Source of the DNA: Eledone cirrhosa
Lineage: Eukaryota
Length of the DNA: 64,000 nucleotides
Reading direction: 5' to 3'
Assembly: GCA_964016885.1 (NCBI GenBank)
Contig: OZ024760.1
Location: forward strand, 22,010,001 to 22,074,000
Below the pieces are notes generated by a model. The model made no database searches. It was not told where the DNA came from and worked only from the letters and a program-made list of their open reading frames with translations. Below are positions 1-15,150 of the stretch, in pieces (position 1 is the stretch's first letter; each line of letters opens with the position of its first letter). The translations under genes were made by a program, and so were the position numbers.

Positions 1-570
<570 letters not shown>

Positions 571-862
571 AAATGAAACATACACTAAAACATATTTAGA
601 ATAAAAATTATGTTTTAAGTATAACTTGATTATTCTTTCTGTATTAATAAATTTTGAGCTCTGCAGCCCATAGCCTAATTGTCTACGGCTGTATCAAAAA
701 AACTGGATAGTATAGAGTTTCTTTCATCTTTACCAGGATATTTATTGGTAAACTGCAATATTACCATACATATACTGTTTTTATATATATATATATACTG
801 TATATATATAACATTAGTATCTTTCTTAATGTTATTATTATACCATGGTTATTATTATACCA

Positions 863-1060
863 GGGTGGTGGATTGGCAGTATCGGTAGAAGCGTCGGACG
901 CCATGCTTTGACGCATAGAGTTGCGGCCCTTGCCATTCTGAGTTCAAATCCCGCCGAGGTTAACTTTGCCTTTCATCTTTACGGGGGTCGATAAAATAAA
1001 GTACCAGTAATGTACTGGGTAATTACTGGCCTTGTGCCAAAAAGTTGAAATAATTATTAT
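863..1060 (+). mobile_element. tRNA-derived SINE, family A (Deu/Nin-like central domain)
   Basis: A-box-like TGGCAGTATCGG, B-box GAGTTCAAATCC, central GCCTTTCATCxTTACGGGGTCGATAAAATAAAGTACC and a (TTA)n tail. More than 10 copies in the window. The domain assignment is from memory of SINE consensus sequences. Confidence 0.85.
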
Positions 1061-1146
1061 ACCATGGTTACTACGAACTACACATATTGAGAGCTTTTTA
1101 CCGCTTGCTCCTGTTATTCCTGCTTTTACCAAAACAACTTCTACTG

Positions 1147-1188
<42 letters not shown>

Positions 1189-1408
1189 CATGTACTTGTG
1201 TATATATATGATCATGAAGAAGGCAGTGTATTCGAGTCTTACATCATTTTATTGAGTACATTTTTTAATGTTTTATATATTTCAGTGTTATCTGTTATGT
1301 AATAGATACGACTTCCTCAGACAGCAATTGTGTAATCTTTTGTTCAACATATAATAAATCCCACGAACGTTTTGATGTTACTCGTCCAAGCTCCAGCTGA
1401 TATTATAT

Positions 1409-1510
1409 AATAATTGTTTCTACTTTTGGCACAATGCCACCAATTACGCAGTACATTACTGGTACTTTATTTTATCGACCTCGTAAGGATGAAAGGCAAA
1501 GTTAACCTTA
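1409..1510 (-). mobile_element. SINE family A, 3' fragment
   Basis: Reverse complement of the 960-1055 segment. Confidence 0.8.
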
Positions 1511-1824
1511 TAATACTCCGTGGTGAGAGGAGCAAAACGTATTGCATCACAACTCGAAAAGTAAACTAGGGCTGAGAGCTGTATACTCTCTTCCCATTGG
1601 TTAGTTAATCGACGAGTACAAGTTGCAAAACAACAACGGATTAACTAAGACCAAGGAACAATACACACACACACACACACACAAATGTGTGTGAATTTTG
1701 TATGTCTAATAATACACGCTATGTTTACGAATAAACATTTTGAAAGCCCTTTAGCTATGAATTTTGGAAGCTCGTAGCTCACGCCATCTAGTGGATTCCA
1801 CTTAGGTATATATATATTTACACA

Positions 1825-1856
<32 letters not shown>

Positions 1857-1859
1857 CAC

Positions 1860-2130
1860 ATAAATACATATTACAACAAATACATTATATATATATATAT
1901 ATATATATATACATACACAAATACATATTACAACAAATACATTACATATATATATATAATATATATATATACATACACAAATACATATTACAACAAATAC
2001 ATTACATATATATATATAATATATATATATACATACACAAATACATATTACAACAAATACATTACATACATATATATATACATACACAAATACATTACAT
2101 ATATATATATACATACACAAATACATTACA
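1860..2130. repeat. ~60-bp microsatellite-derived tandem repeat, ~4 copies
   Basis: ATACATATTACAACAAATACATTAC recurs at ~60-bp spacing (1921, 1981, 2041). Confidence 0.85.
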
Positions 2131-2207
2131 TATATATATATATATACACATAAATACATATTAGAAATACATATATATATGTGTACAAAGACAAAGACAT
2201 TGATGGA

Positions 2208-2259
<52 letters not shown>

Positions 2260-2313
2260 AACACAGACACACACATGTATGTATATATATATATATATAT
2301 ATACACACACATG

Positions 2314-2348
<35 letters not shown>

Positions 2349-2400
2349 TCACACAAATTAGCTAGATAGAAAGTTAAGAATAATTAACAATTCAGCAAAA

Positions 2401-2492
<92 letters not shown>

Positions 2493-2635
2493 TATTGTGG
2501 TAGGGGTAGAAATGCAGCAGGTGCGAGGGTTGGAGAGAGGGGGGGGGGGGAGTTGTGTACGTTAAATAATTAGGATATCAGGTAGTTAAGCAGGTTTGCA
2601 GTCGGGTAGGTAGTAAGGGGGAAGGGTGGATAGCA

Positions 2636-2681
<46 letters not shown>

Positions 2682-2975
2682 TGTGTGTGTTAGGTAGGTA
2701 GTAAGGTGAAAGGGTGAATAGCATTTGTGTGTGTGAGTGTGCGTGTGTGTGTGTGAGTGTGAGTGTGTGTGTTAGGTAGGTAGGTGGAAGAGTGGAGAGC
2801 ATTTGTATGTGTGTGTGTGTGTATATGTGTGAGTGGTGTGTGTGAGTATGAGTGAGTGTGAGTGTGAGTGTTAGGTAGGTAGGTGGAAGAGTGGATAGTA
2901 CATACACTTATGTCTGGCTGTGTGTATATATGAATGTTTCCATGTGTGTGTGTGAGTATATATATATATATATAT

Positions 2976-3138
2976 GTTATTCCGGGTTGAATCGGAGGTA
3001 ACCACAGTAAGTAAGGTACTCAATACATTGCAGAGTATAAAAGTTTTAACATAGATGAGATTCTACAGGACTAGAACCGTTTCATTCTTCTAAAGAATGA
3101 AACAGTTCTAGTCCTGTAGAATCTCATCTATATTAAAG
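2976..3138 (-). mobile_element. Fold-back Penelope-like element terminus, family P1
   Basis: 45-bp inverted arms 3045-3089/3093-3137, flanked by (TA)n. Near-identical in reverse to 29101-29287, which keeps the hammerhead core. Confidence 0.7.
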
Positions 3139-3246
3139 CTATATATATATATATATATTCACCTCCTCCTTGCTTCGGCCGCGGATGGCTAACAACATCC
3201 AGGCCGAAACAAATGAGATCGTGTAGGTGTCACGACAAAAAAACAC

Positions 3247-4597
3247 ACAGTCCACGCTGTAATGTGGCCGTGTAGGCAACACGGTAAAAACCTCCCAGTT
3301 CCACACTGTAAATGTGGTTGGTGTTAGGAAGGGCATCCAGCTGTAGAAAACCCGCCAGACAGTCCACGCTGTAATGTGGCCGTGTAGGCAACACGGTAAA
3401 AACCTCCCAGTTCCACACTGTAAATGTGGTTGGTGTTAGGAAGGGCATCCAGCTGTAGAAAACCCGCCAGACAGTCCACGCTGTAATGTGGCCGTGTAGG
3501 CAACACGGTAAAAACCTCCCAGTTCCACACTGTAAATGTGGTTGGTGTTAGGAAGGGCATCCAGCTGTAGAAAACCCGCCAGACAGTCCACGCTGTAATG
3601 TGGCCGTGTAGGCAACACGGTAAAAACCTCCCAGTTCCACACTGTAAATGTGGTTGGTGTTAGGAAGGGCATCCAGCTGTAGAAAACCCGCCAGACAGTC
3701 CACGCTGTAATGTGGCCGTGTGGGCAACACGGTAAACCCCTCCCAGCCCCACACTGTAAAAGTGGTTGGTGTTAGGAAGGGCATCCAGCTGTAGAAAACC
3801 CGCCAGACAGTCCACGCTGTAATGTGGCCGTGTGGGCAACACGGTAAAAACCTCCCAGTTCCACACTGTAAATGTGGTTGGTGTTAGGAAGGGCATCCAG
3901 CTGTAGAAAACCCGCCAGACAGTCCACGCTGTAATGTGGCCGTGTGGGCAACACGGTAAAAACCTCCCAGTTCCACACTGTAAATGTGGTTGGTGTTAGG
4001 AAGGGCATCCAGCTGTAGAAAACCCGCCAGACAGTCCACGCTGTAATGTGGCCGTGTAGGCAACACGGTAAAAACCTCCCAGTTCCACACTGTAAATGTG
4101 GTTGGTGTTAGGAAGGGCATCCAGCTGTAGAAAACCCGCCAGACAGTCCACGCTGTAATGTGGCCGTGTAGGCAACACGGTAAAAACCTCCCAGTTCCAC
4201 ACTGTAAATGTGGTTGGTGTTAGGAAGGGCATCCAGCTGTAGAAAACCCGCCAGACAGTCCACGCTGTAATGTGGCCGTGTAGGCAACACGGTAAAAACC
4301 TCCCAGTTCCACACTGTAAATGTGGTTGGTGTTAGGAAGGGCATCCAGCTGTAGAAAACCCGCCAGACAGTCCACGCTGTAATGTGGCCGTGTAGGCAAC
4401 ACGGTAAAAACCTCCCAGTTCCACACTGTAAATGTGGTTGGTGTTAGGAAGGGCATCCAGCTGTAGAAAACCCGCCAGACAGTCCACGCTGTAATGTGGC
4501 CGTGTAGGCAACACGGTAAAAACCTCCCAGTTCCACACTGTAAATGTGGTTGGTGTTAGGAAGGGCATCCAGCTGTAGAAAACCCGCCAGACAGTCC
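3247..4597 (+). repeat. 112-bp tandem array, 12 near-identical copies, derived from an internal SINE segment
   Basis: Exact 112-bp period from 3249 to 4593. The unit contains TGGTTGGTGTTAGGAAGGGCATCCAGCTGTAGAAA, which I recall from octopus SINEs, and the array runs straight into a SINE tail. Confidence 0.95.
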
Positions 4598-4704
4598 TAT
4601 GCGAGCAATGACAACCACTCTTGCCTCAAGTGGGAAAACTCCCGTCCAAACCCATGCAAGCGTGGAAGATGGACGTTAAACGATGATGATAATGATGATG
4701 ATGA
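4598..4704 (+). mobile_element. SINE 3' tail ending in (GAT)n
   Basis: CCGTCCAAACCCATGCAAGCGTGGAAGATGGACGTTAAA followed by (GAT)n, a typical retroposon 3' end. Confidence 0.7.
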
Positions 4705-4883
4705 TATATATGTGTGTGTTTGTGGGTGTGTGAGTGTGTATGTATATCTATATGTGTGTTTATATATATATATATGTTTGTGTGTATATATATATAGGTG
4801 TCTGTGTGTGTGTGTGTGTGTGGTATATTCGTGTGTGTGTGTTTGGGGGTCCGATTGTTTGTATGTGTGTATATATCTATATA

Positions 4884-5035
4884 TCCCCCCCCCCCTCCTA
4901 GTGGGGATTTCGATTGTTGAATTTGTTTCAATATTTTTACACGACTGTATGTAAAATCCCCGGCATGTGTCTTTGTGTTGTCCCCTTTTCTTGTGCGCCC
5001 TTGTGGCAAATAAAGAAATCTCTCTCTCTCTCTCC
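4884..5035 (+). mobile_element. Tx1-like LINE 3' UTR fragment
   Basis: GTCCCCTTTT...GCCCTTGTGGCAAATAAAGAAA followed by (TC)n, homologous to the copies at 37385-37765 and 60672-61722. Confidence 0.7.
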
Positions 5036-5168
5036 ACAAAGAGTCGCACACGTTTATATAGACGGATACTTTTACATACCTACATGTATATATATTAATA
5101 TATATACATACAAACGTATATATGTATATAATACAAACCTATATATATATATATACATATAGAAACAT

Positions 5169-5199
<31 letters not shown>

Positions 5200-5452
5200 C
5201 ATACAAAACTAAATATATATATATTTACATATATATACATACAAAACTAAATATATATATATATACATATATATACATACAAAACTAAATATATATATAC
5301 ATACATATATATACATACAAAACTAAATATATATATACATACATATATATACATACAAAACTAAATATATATATACATATATAAATACAAAACTAAATAT
5401 ATATATATATACATATATAAATACAAAACTAAATATATATATATATACATAA

Positions 5453-5515
<63 letters not shown>

Positions 5516-5718
5516 CATTATACAATCTCACTCACCATACATTTATATGAGTATGTTTGTATTTTTAGTTGTGTGTATATGTGTGTGTATATGTGTGTGT
5601 ATGTGTGTGTGTGTCTGTGTGTGTGTGTGTGTGTCTGTCTGTCTGTGTGTGTCTGTGTCTGTGTGTGTCTGTGTGTGTCTGTGTGTGTCTGTGTGTGTCT
5701 GTGTGTGTGTGTGTGTCT

Positions 5719-5767
<49 letters not shown>

Positions 5768-5939
5768 GGGGACAAAAGTTGAGGAAAAGGAAGGAGCATA
5801 AGAAAGGTGTCATCTTTATAAAAACAAACACATAAAACCTTAAATATTTACACAAATACCCTCTGGCAACTATAAAACATTTGATGTGTTTATGCCAAGT
5901 GTTTTGTTGTGTTTTTACTATATCCTTGTAACATACATT

Positions 5940-6760
5940 CCATACGTGTGTCTTGTATTCCGTCTTGTAAAGGCGCCTGGCATAGTGGGTAGAGTGTTTG
6001 GCTCACAAGCGTAAGAACGCGTGTTTGAGTTCGTTCCCGGGCAGTGGGTTGTGTCCACTAGCAAGACATTTATTTGCTCCAGCCCTTTAAACAACTATTC
6101 TGTAAGTGTGTCGTGTAAAAATACCTGTCTTAGTGGCTAGTGTTTGGTTCCGATCGTAATAACGCCTGTTGGATTCCTTGACAGTAGGTGTCTCCTTAAG
6201 CAAGACATTCTTTCCTCCAGCCCTTGTAACATAAATTCCGTGTTAAAGGTGCCTGGTTTAGTGGGGAAAGTCTTTCGTTCAGGATCGTAAGAACGTGTGT
6301 CCGAGTTCGATACCCGTGCAATATGCTGTGTCCTTGAGCAAGACATTTTCCCCTCCAGACCTTGTAACATCTATTTCGTACGTATGTTTTGTAAAATTGC
6401 CTGGCTTAGTGGGTAGAGTATTTTATTTGGGATAGAAAGAACGTGTGTTTGAGTACGATTCCTTAGGTTGTGTCCTTGAGAAAGACATTTTATTCCTCCA
6501 GCCCTTTAACATCTATTTTGTACGTGTATCGTGTAAATGTGCTCAGCCTAGTGGGGAAAGTGTTTTGCTCACGATCGTAAGAACGTCAGTTTAAGTTTGA
6601 TTCATTGAAGATCGGTTATGTTTTTGAACAAGACATTTATTTGCTCCAGCCCTTCTAACATCTATTTTATACGTGTGTCGTGTAAAAGTGCCTGGCCTAG
6701 TGGGTAGAGTGTTTGGTTCAGGATAGTAAGAACGTGTGTTTGAGTTTGATTCCTGGGCAC
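5940..6760 (+). repeat. Diverged tandem array of six tRNA-like SINE heads, ~145-bp period
   Basis: A-box TGGCNNAGTGG at about 5977, 6126, 6254, 6402, 6543 and 6693. Each is followed by a B-box-like GTTCGATNCC and, except in the truncated last unit, a variant of GTGTCCTTGAGCAAGACATT. Confidence 0.8.
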
Positions 6761-7053
6761 ACACATACAATCGTACAATGCTGCTTCTTCTAGTTTAAAA
6801 CGCTCACAAACATACCCGTACACACACACCCACACGATGTTGTATATTCTAGTATAAAACCCTCACAAACATATCCATAAGTACACTCATACACGTACTC
6901 AGGCCCCTACATACAGACACATACATACACGTAGTGGGAGTTGGGAGATAGAATAAGGGAGCGGAAGAAAAAGAAGAAGAAAAGGAAGAGGAAGAATAAG
7001 AAATTCTAGTGGAAGACGTAAGTGAGAAAACAGAAGCATACAGGAAATAGACG

Positions 7054-9720
<2,667 letters not shown>

Positions 9721-10251
9721 ATAAATATGTGTTTAAGAAAAACAGATGAAGATGTAGCAAAAACGAAGAAAAAAAAGACGAAGAACACAAGAAAAAAGAA
9801 GAGCGAAAGAAAGAAAAAAATAAGAAAAAGAAGAAAGTGAGGAAAAAGAAGAAAGTGAGGAAAAAGAAAAGAGGGAAGGAAGAAGACTAAAGAAAGAAAA
9901 AGAAAGAAGCAGGAGAATAAGAAGAAACATTGAAACAAGATGCAAAAGTATTTCAACAGACATCTGTTAGACTTGTTTAACTTTCATCAGGACTTTGACA
10001 GCGGCATGATGGCCGCCATATTGTTCCCTCAATTTTTACTCTTGCTTTCTCTCGTTTTCATTGTATTTATTATTGTTGTTTCTGTTACTATCATTGTCGT
10101 TGTTGTTGTTATCATTATCGTTGTTGTTGTTGTTGGTGGTGGTGGAGAGAGCTGATAAGTCTACTGTACGACACTCGAAAAACATCTTTAAAACGAATCA
10201 TCTTTAAAACGAATCAACGAACAGGCCAAGCCAAAAAACCTTTTGATGCTT

Positions 10252-10263
<12 letters not shown>

Positions 10264-10284
<21 letters not shown>

Positions 10285-10462
10285 GTGTGTGTGTGTGTCT
10301 GTGTCTGTCTGTCTGTCTGTGTGTGTCTGTGTCTGTGTCTGTGTGTGTGTCTGTGTGTGTGTCTGTGTGTGTGTGTATGTGTGTCTGTGTGTGTCTATGT
10401 CTGTGTCTGTGTCTGTGTGTGTCTGTGTCTGTGTATCTGTGTGTGTCTGTGTGTGTCTGAGT

Positions 10463-10516
<54 letters not shown>

Positions 10517-10600
10517 TTATATGTGTGCCTGCGTTTGTGTGCTTGTATATATGGTTGTATGTATGTATATATGTGTGCATGTATGTGTGTATCTATGTAT
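10264..10600. repeat. (TG)n/(TGTC)n compound microsatellite
   Basis: Simple repeat. Confidence 0.9.
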
Positions 10601-10728
10601 GTAAGTCTGAATAAATATGTGTTATATATATATATATATATATATACATATATATAAATATATATACACATGCACATTATATACATATACACACACGCAT
10701 ATATATATGCACGTGTCTGTGTGCTAGT

Positions 10729-10760
<32 letters not shown>

Positions 10761-10801
10761 CATATATAACTAGCACACAGACACGTGCATATATATATAT
10801 G

Positions 10802-10846
<45 letters not shown>

Positions 10847-11309
10847 CTTAAGCCCTTTTATTGATTTCAGTGATCGATAGACCTTGACAACTTACTCCAA
10901 TTTGATGATTGTTTCTATCGATCTCTCTCTCTCTTTGTTGAACTGCTAAGTTATAAAACCCAAAGTAGTAGAACAACATAAAAACAACACACAACTCCCC
11001 CCCCCCTCTCTCTCTCTATATATATATTATATATATATATAATATATATATATATATATTATATATATATAATGGCTGATTGAATACATACGTGTTTCCT
11101 AAAAAAAAAAATAGTTATATTTTTTTGGAGCTGCTTCCTCTTCTCATATCAATATATTTTATATTTTATTTCTCATTCTATCTATTGATGAATGACTAGT
11201 GTCCGAAACGCCAAGACTCCTTTCCTACTATATTAAGCGTTAAACTAATATATATTTTCATTATACTGTGTCGTTTGCTTTCAAATTTCAGTTCACTCTT
11301 CGCACACAC

Positions 11310-11356
<47 letters not shown>

Positions 11357-11635
11357 CATTATACTTTGTCACGTATATTGTCGTCTAAGCTGGCTGTTAA
11401 AAATTATTTAAGAAAGTTTCGCAGGGAAGAAATAAAAAGAAGAAGTAGTAGTTATAGAAGAAGAAGAAGAAGAAGAAGAAGAAGAAGAAGCTATATGCTC
11501 CACCCACCCTCCACACTCACAAAAATAAACAACTAAACAGAAAGAAAGGAAATATAAGAAAACAAAAAAGAAAATTAGGAATAAAACACAATTATTTTAA
11601 TTTTAAATTAGCAAAACAAACCCAGAAACAACAAC

Positions 11636-11910
11636 GGAGAGAGAGTAAAAGAGGAAGAGAGAGAGGGAGTGAAAGAGGAAGAGAGAGAGAGAGTGAAAGA
11701 GGAAGAGAGAGAGAGAGGAAGAGAGTGAAAGGAAGAGCGTGAAAGAGGAAGAGAGAGAGAGAATGAAAGAGGAAGAGAGAGAGAATGAAAGAGGAAGAGA
11801 GAGAGAAAGAAAGAAGGAGATAAGGAAAGAAAGAGAAAAAGGAAAGAAAGAAAGAAAAAGAAGGAAAGAAAGAAAGAAAAAGAAAGGAAGAGAGAAAGAA
11901 AGCGGGAGAA

Positions 11911-11958
<48 letters not shown>
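11636..11958. repeat. Polypurine (GA/GAAA) tract
   Basis: Almost pure A/G on the + strand. Confidence 0.9.
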
Positions 11959-12055
11959 GGTAGTGTCTAGGACAAAGGTGTCATTAAGTCGTGATTACTA
12001 GAATCCTGACAATGACATATATTGTTATTACACCTTATCTGGTATTACTGTAACA

Positions 12056-12097
12056 CCTACCACATACTACTACTACTACTACTACTACTACTACCAC

Positions 12098-12131
<34 letters not shown>

Positions 12132-12295
12132 ATACTACTACTACTACTACTACTACCACATACTACTACCACCGCCACATACTACTACTACCACCACATA
12201 CTACTACTACCACCACATACTACTACTACCACCACTACCACTACTACCACTACCACTACTACCACTACCACTACTACCACATACTACTACTACTA
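12056..12295. repeat. (TAC/CAC)n trinucleotide tract
   Basis: Simple repeat. Confidence 0.9.
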
Positions 12296-14772
12296 CAGTC
12301 CACCTGGCGGCCAGTAATAGGTACCAGACCACAGTCCACCTAGCGGCCAGTAATAGGTACCAGACTACAGTCCACCTGGCGGCCAGTAATAGGTAGCAGA
12401 CTACAGTCCACCTGGCGGCCAGTAATAGGTACCAGACCACAGTCCACCTGGCGGCCAGTAATAGGTACCAGACTACAGTCCCCCTGGCGGCCAGTAATAG
12501 GTACCAGACCACAGTCCACCTGGCGGCCAGTAATAGGTACCAGACTACAGTCCACCTGGCGGCCAGTAATAGGTACCAGACCCCAGTCCACCTGGCGGCC
12601 AGTAATAGGTACCAGACTACAGTCCACCTGGCGGCCAGTAATAGGTACCAGACTACAGTCCACCTGGCGGCCAGTAATAGGTACCAGACTACAGTCCACC
12701 TGGCGGCCAGTAATAGGTACCAGACCACAGTCCACCTGGCGGCCAGTAATAGGTACCAGACCCCAGTCCACCTGGCGGCCAGTAATAGGTATCAGACCCC
12801 AGTCCACCTGGCGGCCAGTAATAGGTATCAGACCCCTGTCCACCTGGCGGCCAGTAATAGGTACCAGACCCCAGTCCACCAGTAATAGGTACCAGACTAC
12901 AGTCCACCTGGCGGCCAGTAATAGGTACCAGACTACAGTCCACCTGGCGGCCAATAATAGGTACCAGACTACAGTCCACCTGGCGGCCAGTAATAGGTAC
13001 CAGACTACAGTCCACCTGGCGGCCAGTAATAGGTACCAGACTACAGTCCACCTGGCGGCCAGTAATAGGTACCAGACCCCAGTCCACCTGGCGGCCAGTA
13101 ATAGGTACCAGACCCCAGTCCACCTGGCGGCCAGTAATAGGTACCAGACCCCAGTCCACCTGGCGGCCAGTAATAGGTACCAGACCCCAGTCCACCTGGC
13201 GGCCAGTAATAGGTACCAGACCCCAGTCCACCTGGCGGCCAGTAATAGGTACCAGACCCCAGTCCACCTGGCGGCCAGTAATAGGTACCAGACTACAGTC
13301 CACCTGGCGGCCAGTAATAGGTACCAGACCCCAGTCCACCAGGCGGCCAGTAATAGGTACCAGACCCCAGTCCACCTGGCGGCCAGTAATAGGTACCTGA
13401 CCCCAGTCCACCTGGCGGCCAGTAATAGGTACCAGACTACAGTCCACCTGGCGGCCAGTAATAGGTACCAGACCACAGTCCACCTGGCGGTCTGTAATAG
13501 GTACCAGACCACAGTCCACCTGGCGGCCAGTAATAGGTACCAGACCCCAGTCCACCTGGCGGCCAGTAATAGGTATCAGACCCCAGTCCACCTGGCGGCC
13601 AGTAATAGGTACCAGACCCCAGTCCACCAGTAATAGGTACCAGACTACAGTCCACCTGGCGGCCAGTAATAGGTACCAGACTACAGTCCACCTGGCGGCC
13701 AATAATAGGTACCAGACTACAGTCCACCTGGCGGCCAGTAATAGGTACCAGACTACAGTCCACCTGGCGGCCAGTAATAGGTACCAGACTACAGTCCACC
13801 TGGCGGCCAGTAATAGGTACCAGACCCCAGTCCACCTGGCGGCCAGTAATAGGTACCAGACCCCAGTCCACCTGGCGGCCAGTAATAGGTACCAGACCCC
13901 AGTCCACCTGGCGGCCAGTAATAGGTACCAGACCCCAGTCCACCTGGCGGCCAGTAATAGGTACCAGACCCCAGTCCACCTGGCGGCCAGTAATAGGTAC
14001 CAGACCCCAGTCCACCTGGCGGCCAGTAATAGGTACCAGACCACAGTCCACCTGGCGGCCAGTAATAGGTACCAGACCACAGTCCACCTGGCGGCCAGTA
14101 ATAGGTACCAGACCACAGTCCACCTGGCGGCCAGTAATAGGTACCAGACCACAGTCCACCTGGCGGCCAGTAATAGGTACCAGACTACAGTCCACCTGGC
14201 GGCCAGTAATAGGTACCAGACCCCAGTCCACCAGGCGGCCAGTAATAGGTACCAGACCCCAGTCCACCTGGCGGCCAGTAATAGGTACCAGACCCCAGTC
14301 CACCTGGCGGCCAGTAATAGGTACCAGACTACAGTCCACCTGGCGGCCAGTAATAGGTACCAGACTACAGTCCACCTGGCGGCCAGTAATAGGTACCAGA
14401 CCACAGTCCACCTGGCGGTCTGTAATAGGTACCAGACCACAGTCCACCTGGCGGCCAGTAATAGGTAGCAGACCACAGTCCACCTGGCGGCCAGTAATAG
14501 GTACCAGACCACAGTCCACCTAGCGGCCAGTAATAGGTACCAGACTACAGTCCACCTGGCGGCCAGTAATAGGTAGCAGACTACAGTCCACCTGGCGGCC
14601 AGTAATAGGTACCAGACCACAGTCCACCTGGCGGCCAGTAATAGGTACCAGACTACAGTCCCCCTGGCGGCCAGTAATAGGTACCAGACCACAGTCCACC
14701 TGGCGGCCAGTAATAGGTACCAGACTACAGTCCCCCTGGCGGCCAGTAATAGGTACCAGACCACAATCCACC
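12296..14772. repeat. 36-bp GC-rich minisatellite, ~69 copies (CAGTCCACCTGGCGGCCAGTAATAGGTACCAGACYM)
   Basis: 36-bp period (12-aa repeat in the ORF track). Variant units recur at fixed offsets. Confidence 0.97.
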
Positions 14773-15150
14773 AAGGAGTACTCCAACAGTTAGTACAATC
14801 ATCACACCATTATGTAACAGGTACCTAAATGTCCATCTAGATTCAGATTGATATTACATTGGATAATGAGAGATTTTCTGTGTGTGTGTGTGCGCGTGCG
14901 TGTGTGTGCGTGTGCGTGTGTGTGTATTTATATGGATGGTGTTATGTATGCGTGTGTATGTCTGTGTGCACAGACACAAACACACACTCACAGAAACAGA
15001 TATGATACAGACATGTGTATGTATGTAAGTTATATTATATGTGTGTACGTGTATAGGTAATTGTGTATGTACGAGTTGAGTCTGTGTGTGTATGTATGTA
15101 TGTATGTATGTATGTATGTATGTATGTATGTATGTATGTATGTATGTATG

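Noticed and set aside
3139-4568. Series of 78-aa ORFs
   Set aside because: Artefact of the 112-bp period shifting frame in each unit.
5970-6760. tRNA gene cluster
   Set aside because: A and B boxes are present but there is no acceptor stem or cloverleaf, and heads run into a SINE core.
9965-9998. Minus-strand CTGATGA as a hammerhead or C/D snoRNA box
   Set aside because: No GAAA or stem II, no stem I pairing and no suitably placed D box with a terminal stem.
12207-14786. Repeat-protein ORFs or a CRISPR-like array with a 36-bp repeat
   Set aside because: Head-to-tail units without unique spacers, frames broken by 8-bp deletions, eukaryotic context and no cas genes.
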